From an uncultured Acidimicrobiaceae bacterium (GTDB lineage Bacteria > Actinomycetota > Acidimicrobiia > Acidimicrobiales > RAAP-2): a stretch of 32,000 bases of DNA. The stretch is from NCBI GenBank assembly GCA_963804055.1, contig CAWDOU010000001.1:451156-483155 (forward strand), written 5' to 3'. The translations under genes were made by a program, and so were the position numbers. The notes beneath the pieces were generated by a model. The model was not told the DNA's origin. It saw only the letters and a program-made list of their open reading frames with translations, and did no database searches. Of the stretch, positions 31,250 to 32,000 are shown one piece after another. The stretch's first letter is position 1; each line of letters begins with the position of its first letter.

Positions 31250-31942
31250 CTACAGATCGGCTTCGTAGTCCTGACCGAGCCCGCCCAGCCGGTCTCTGAT
31301 TCGTTGCGTGTCCGGATGGGCTGAACCGAAGATGCGGATTCTCTTGGAGAGGAGGTTCTCGTAGATAACGTTGGCCTCATCGAATCCGTCCGCCCGTTGG
31401 AGCGTGTGGGCCAGGTTTTCGAGTGACATCAGGGTCCTTGGATCATCAGGGCCCACCGTTCTGCTGCGGGTGGCGACAATCCGTCTGCGAATCTCGGACG
31501 CTTCGCCTACCCGACCTGATTCAAGCAAAGTGGTGGCCAGGTGCGACATGGTCGTCAAGCAGTCCTCGCTGTCGCCGGCGCCCTCCTCGTTGTACCGATC
31601 TACAGCCTCTTGGAGAAGCTGACGCGACCTGGAAAGACTTCCGAGGCTCCTCGAATTGCACCCAAGCCATTCCAAGGCCAGCAAGGTCTGCTTGTTGTTG
31701 GGGCCCAATCTGGACTGTCGTCCAGCGAGAACGCGCTCAAAAATCGGGAGCGCCTCTCGATGTCGACCTAATCGATCCAGGTCGAACGCTTGAAACGCCT
31801 CCGCCGTCAGAGTTCTCAGATCCTCTGGCCCGAGCTCGCTGCGGACGTGAGCAGCGACATCCGCCCGGAGCCGAACGGCTTCCTCGAAGCGACCGAGGCG
31901 CTCGAGTCGTTCAGCAACCTCGCCCTTGGCGTTCATTGTCAT
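31250..31942 (-). CDS. tetratricopeptide-repeat (TPR) protein, possibly N-terminally longer
   Basis: Recurrent 40-42-aa units of the type LGRxxEAxxLxExVLxxRxRxLGPxHPxTL (TPR_10/12-like). The reading frame has no stop between 31942 and the window end at 32000, so the gene may continue beyond the window. Confidence 0.65.
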   Translation of the reverse strand: MTMNAKGEVAERLERLGRFEEAVRLRADVAAHVRSELGPEDLRTLTAEAFQAFDLDRLGRHREALPIFERVLAGRQSRLGPNNKQTLLALEWLGCNSRSLGSLSRSRQLLQEAVDRYNEEGAGDSEDCLTTMSHLATTLLESGRVGEASEIRRRIVATRSRTVGPDDPRTLMSLENLAHTLQRADGFDEANVIYENLLSKRIRIFGSAHPDTQRIRDRLGGLGQDYEADL

Positions 31943-32000
31943 CGCCGACTCTGGCCCACGATGACGGATTGACCAGTCCAGGGTGCCTTGTGCGGACCGA

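Noticed and set aside
1-32000. Search for tRNA/rRNA genes, integrase/transposase genes and attachment-site-like direct repeats flanking the accessory block
   Set aside because: I saw no T-loop-like GGTTCGAATCC-type sequences in a cloverleaf context, no rRNA-like segments and no recombinase-like translations. By-eye scanning cannot exclude short direct repeats.

Overview
High-GC, Actinomycetota-like chromosomal window with about 40 genes I can support. I recognised no rRNA, tRNA, CRISPR array, transposase or integrase. Many long ORFs in the six-frame track are GC-driven shadow ORFs: Arg/Pro/Gly-rich, and antisense or out of frame to genes with clear family motifs. Several track ORFs also need their N-termini trimmed.

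Layout:
- 0-12.5 kb: very GC-rich core-like genes. These are signal peptidase I, a HAD hydrolase, a ParD-like/zeta-toxin-like pair, and a lipid/steroid-type catabolic group (acyl-CoA synthetase, FMN hydroxy-acid oxidase, LLM oxidoreductase, NTF2-like protein, DUF35, SCP2-type thiolase). Several exported or membrane proteins of unknown function, a PaaI thioesterase and a GNAT-like protein follow.
- 12.5-17.7 kb: a complete glycopeptide-resistance cassette. vanH-vanA-vanX lies on the minus strand, divergent from vanR-vanS and a vanZ-like gene.
- 17.7-18.4 kb: a vapBC toxin-antitoxin pair with a four-site operator, apparently leaderless.
- 18.7-22.8 kb: one 1392-aa secreted protein. It contains six 42-aa repeats I cannot name, a roughly 100-aa Thr/Pro linker, two IPT/TIG domains, and beta-helix-like modules encoded by a 100% identical 672-bp in-frame tandem repeat (2.3 copies). 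It ends in a lower-GC, Cys-rich acidic tail.
- 23.2-32 kb: an Nramp-related transporter with non-canonical metal-site motifs and a roughly 300-nt leader carrying a strongly SD-led 21-codon uORF. Then quinone oxidoreductase, glutathione peroxidase, an HxpB-like phosphatase, a methyltransferase, peptide deformylase, an NTF2-like protein, a 53-aa ORF missing from the track, a GNAT, an alpha/beta hydrolase and a TPR protein whose frame is open to the window edge.

The most unusual items are the giant repeat protein with its perfect tandem duplication, the van cassette with no producer or mobile-element context, and the atypical Nramp locus.
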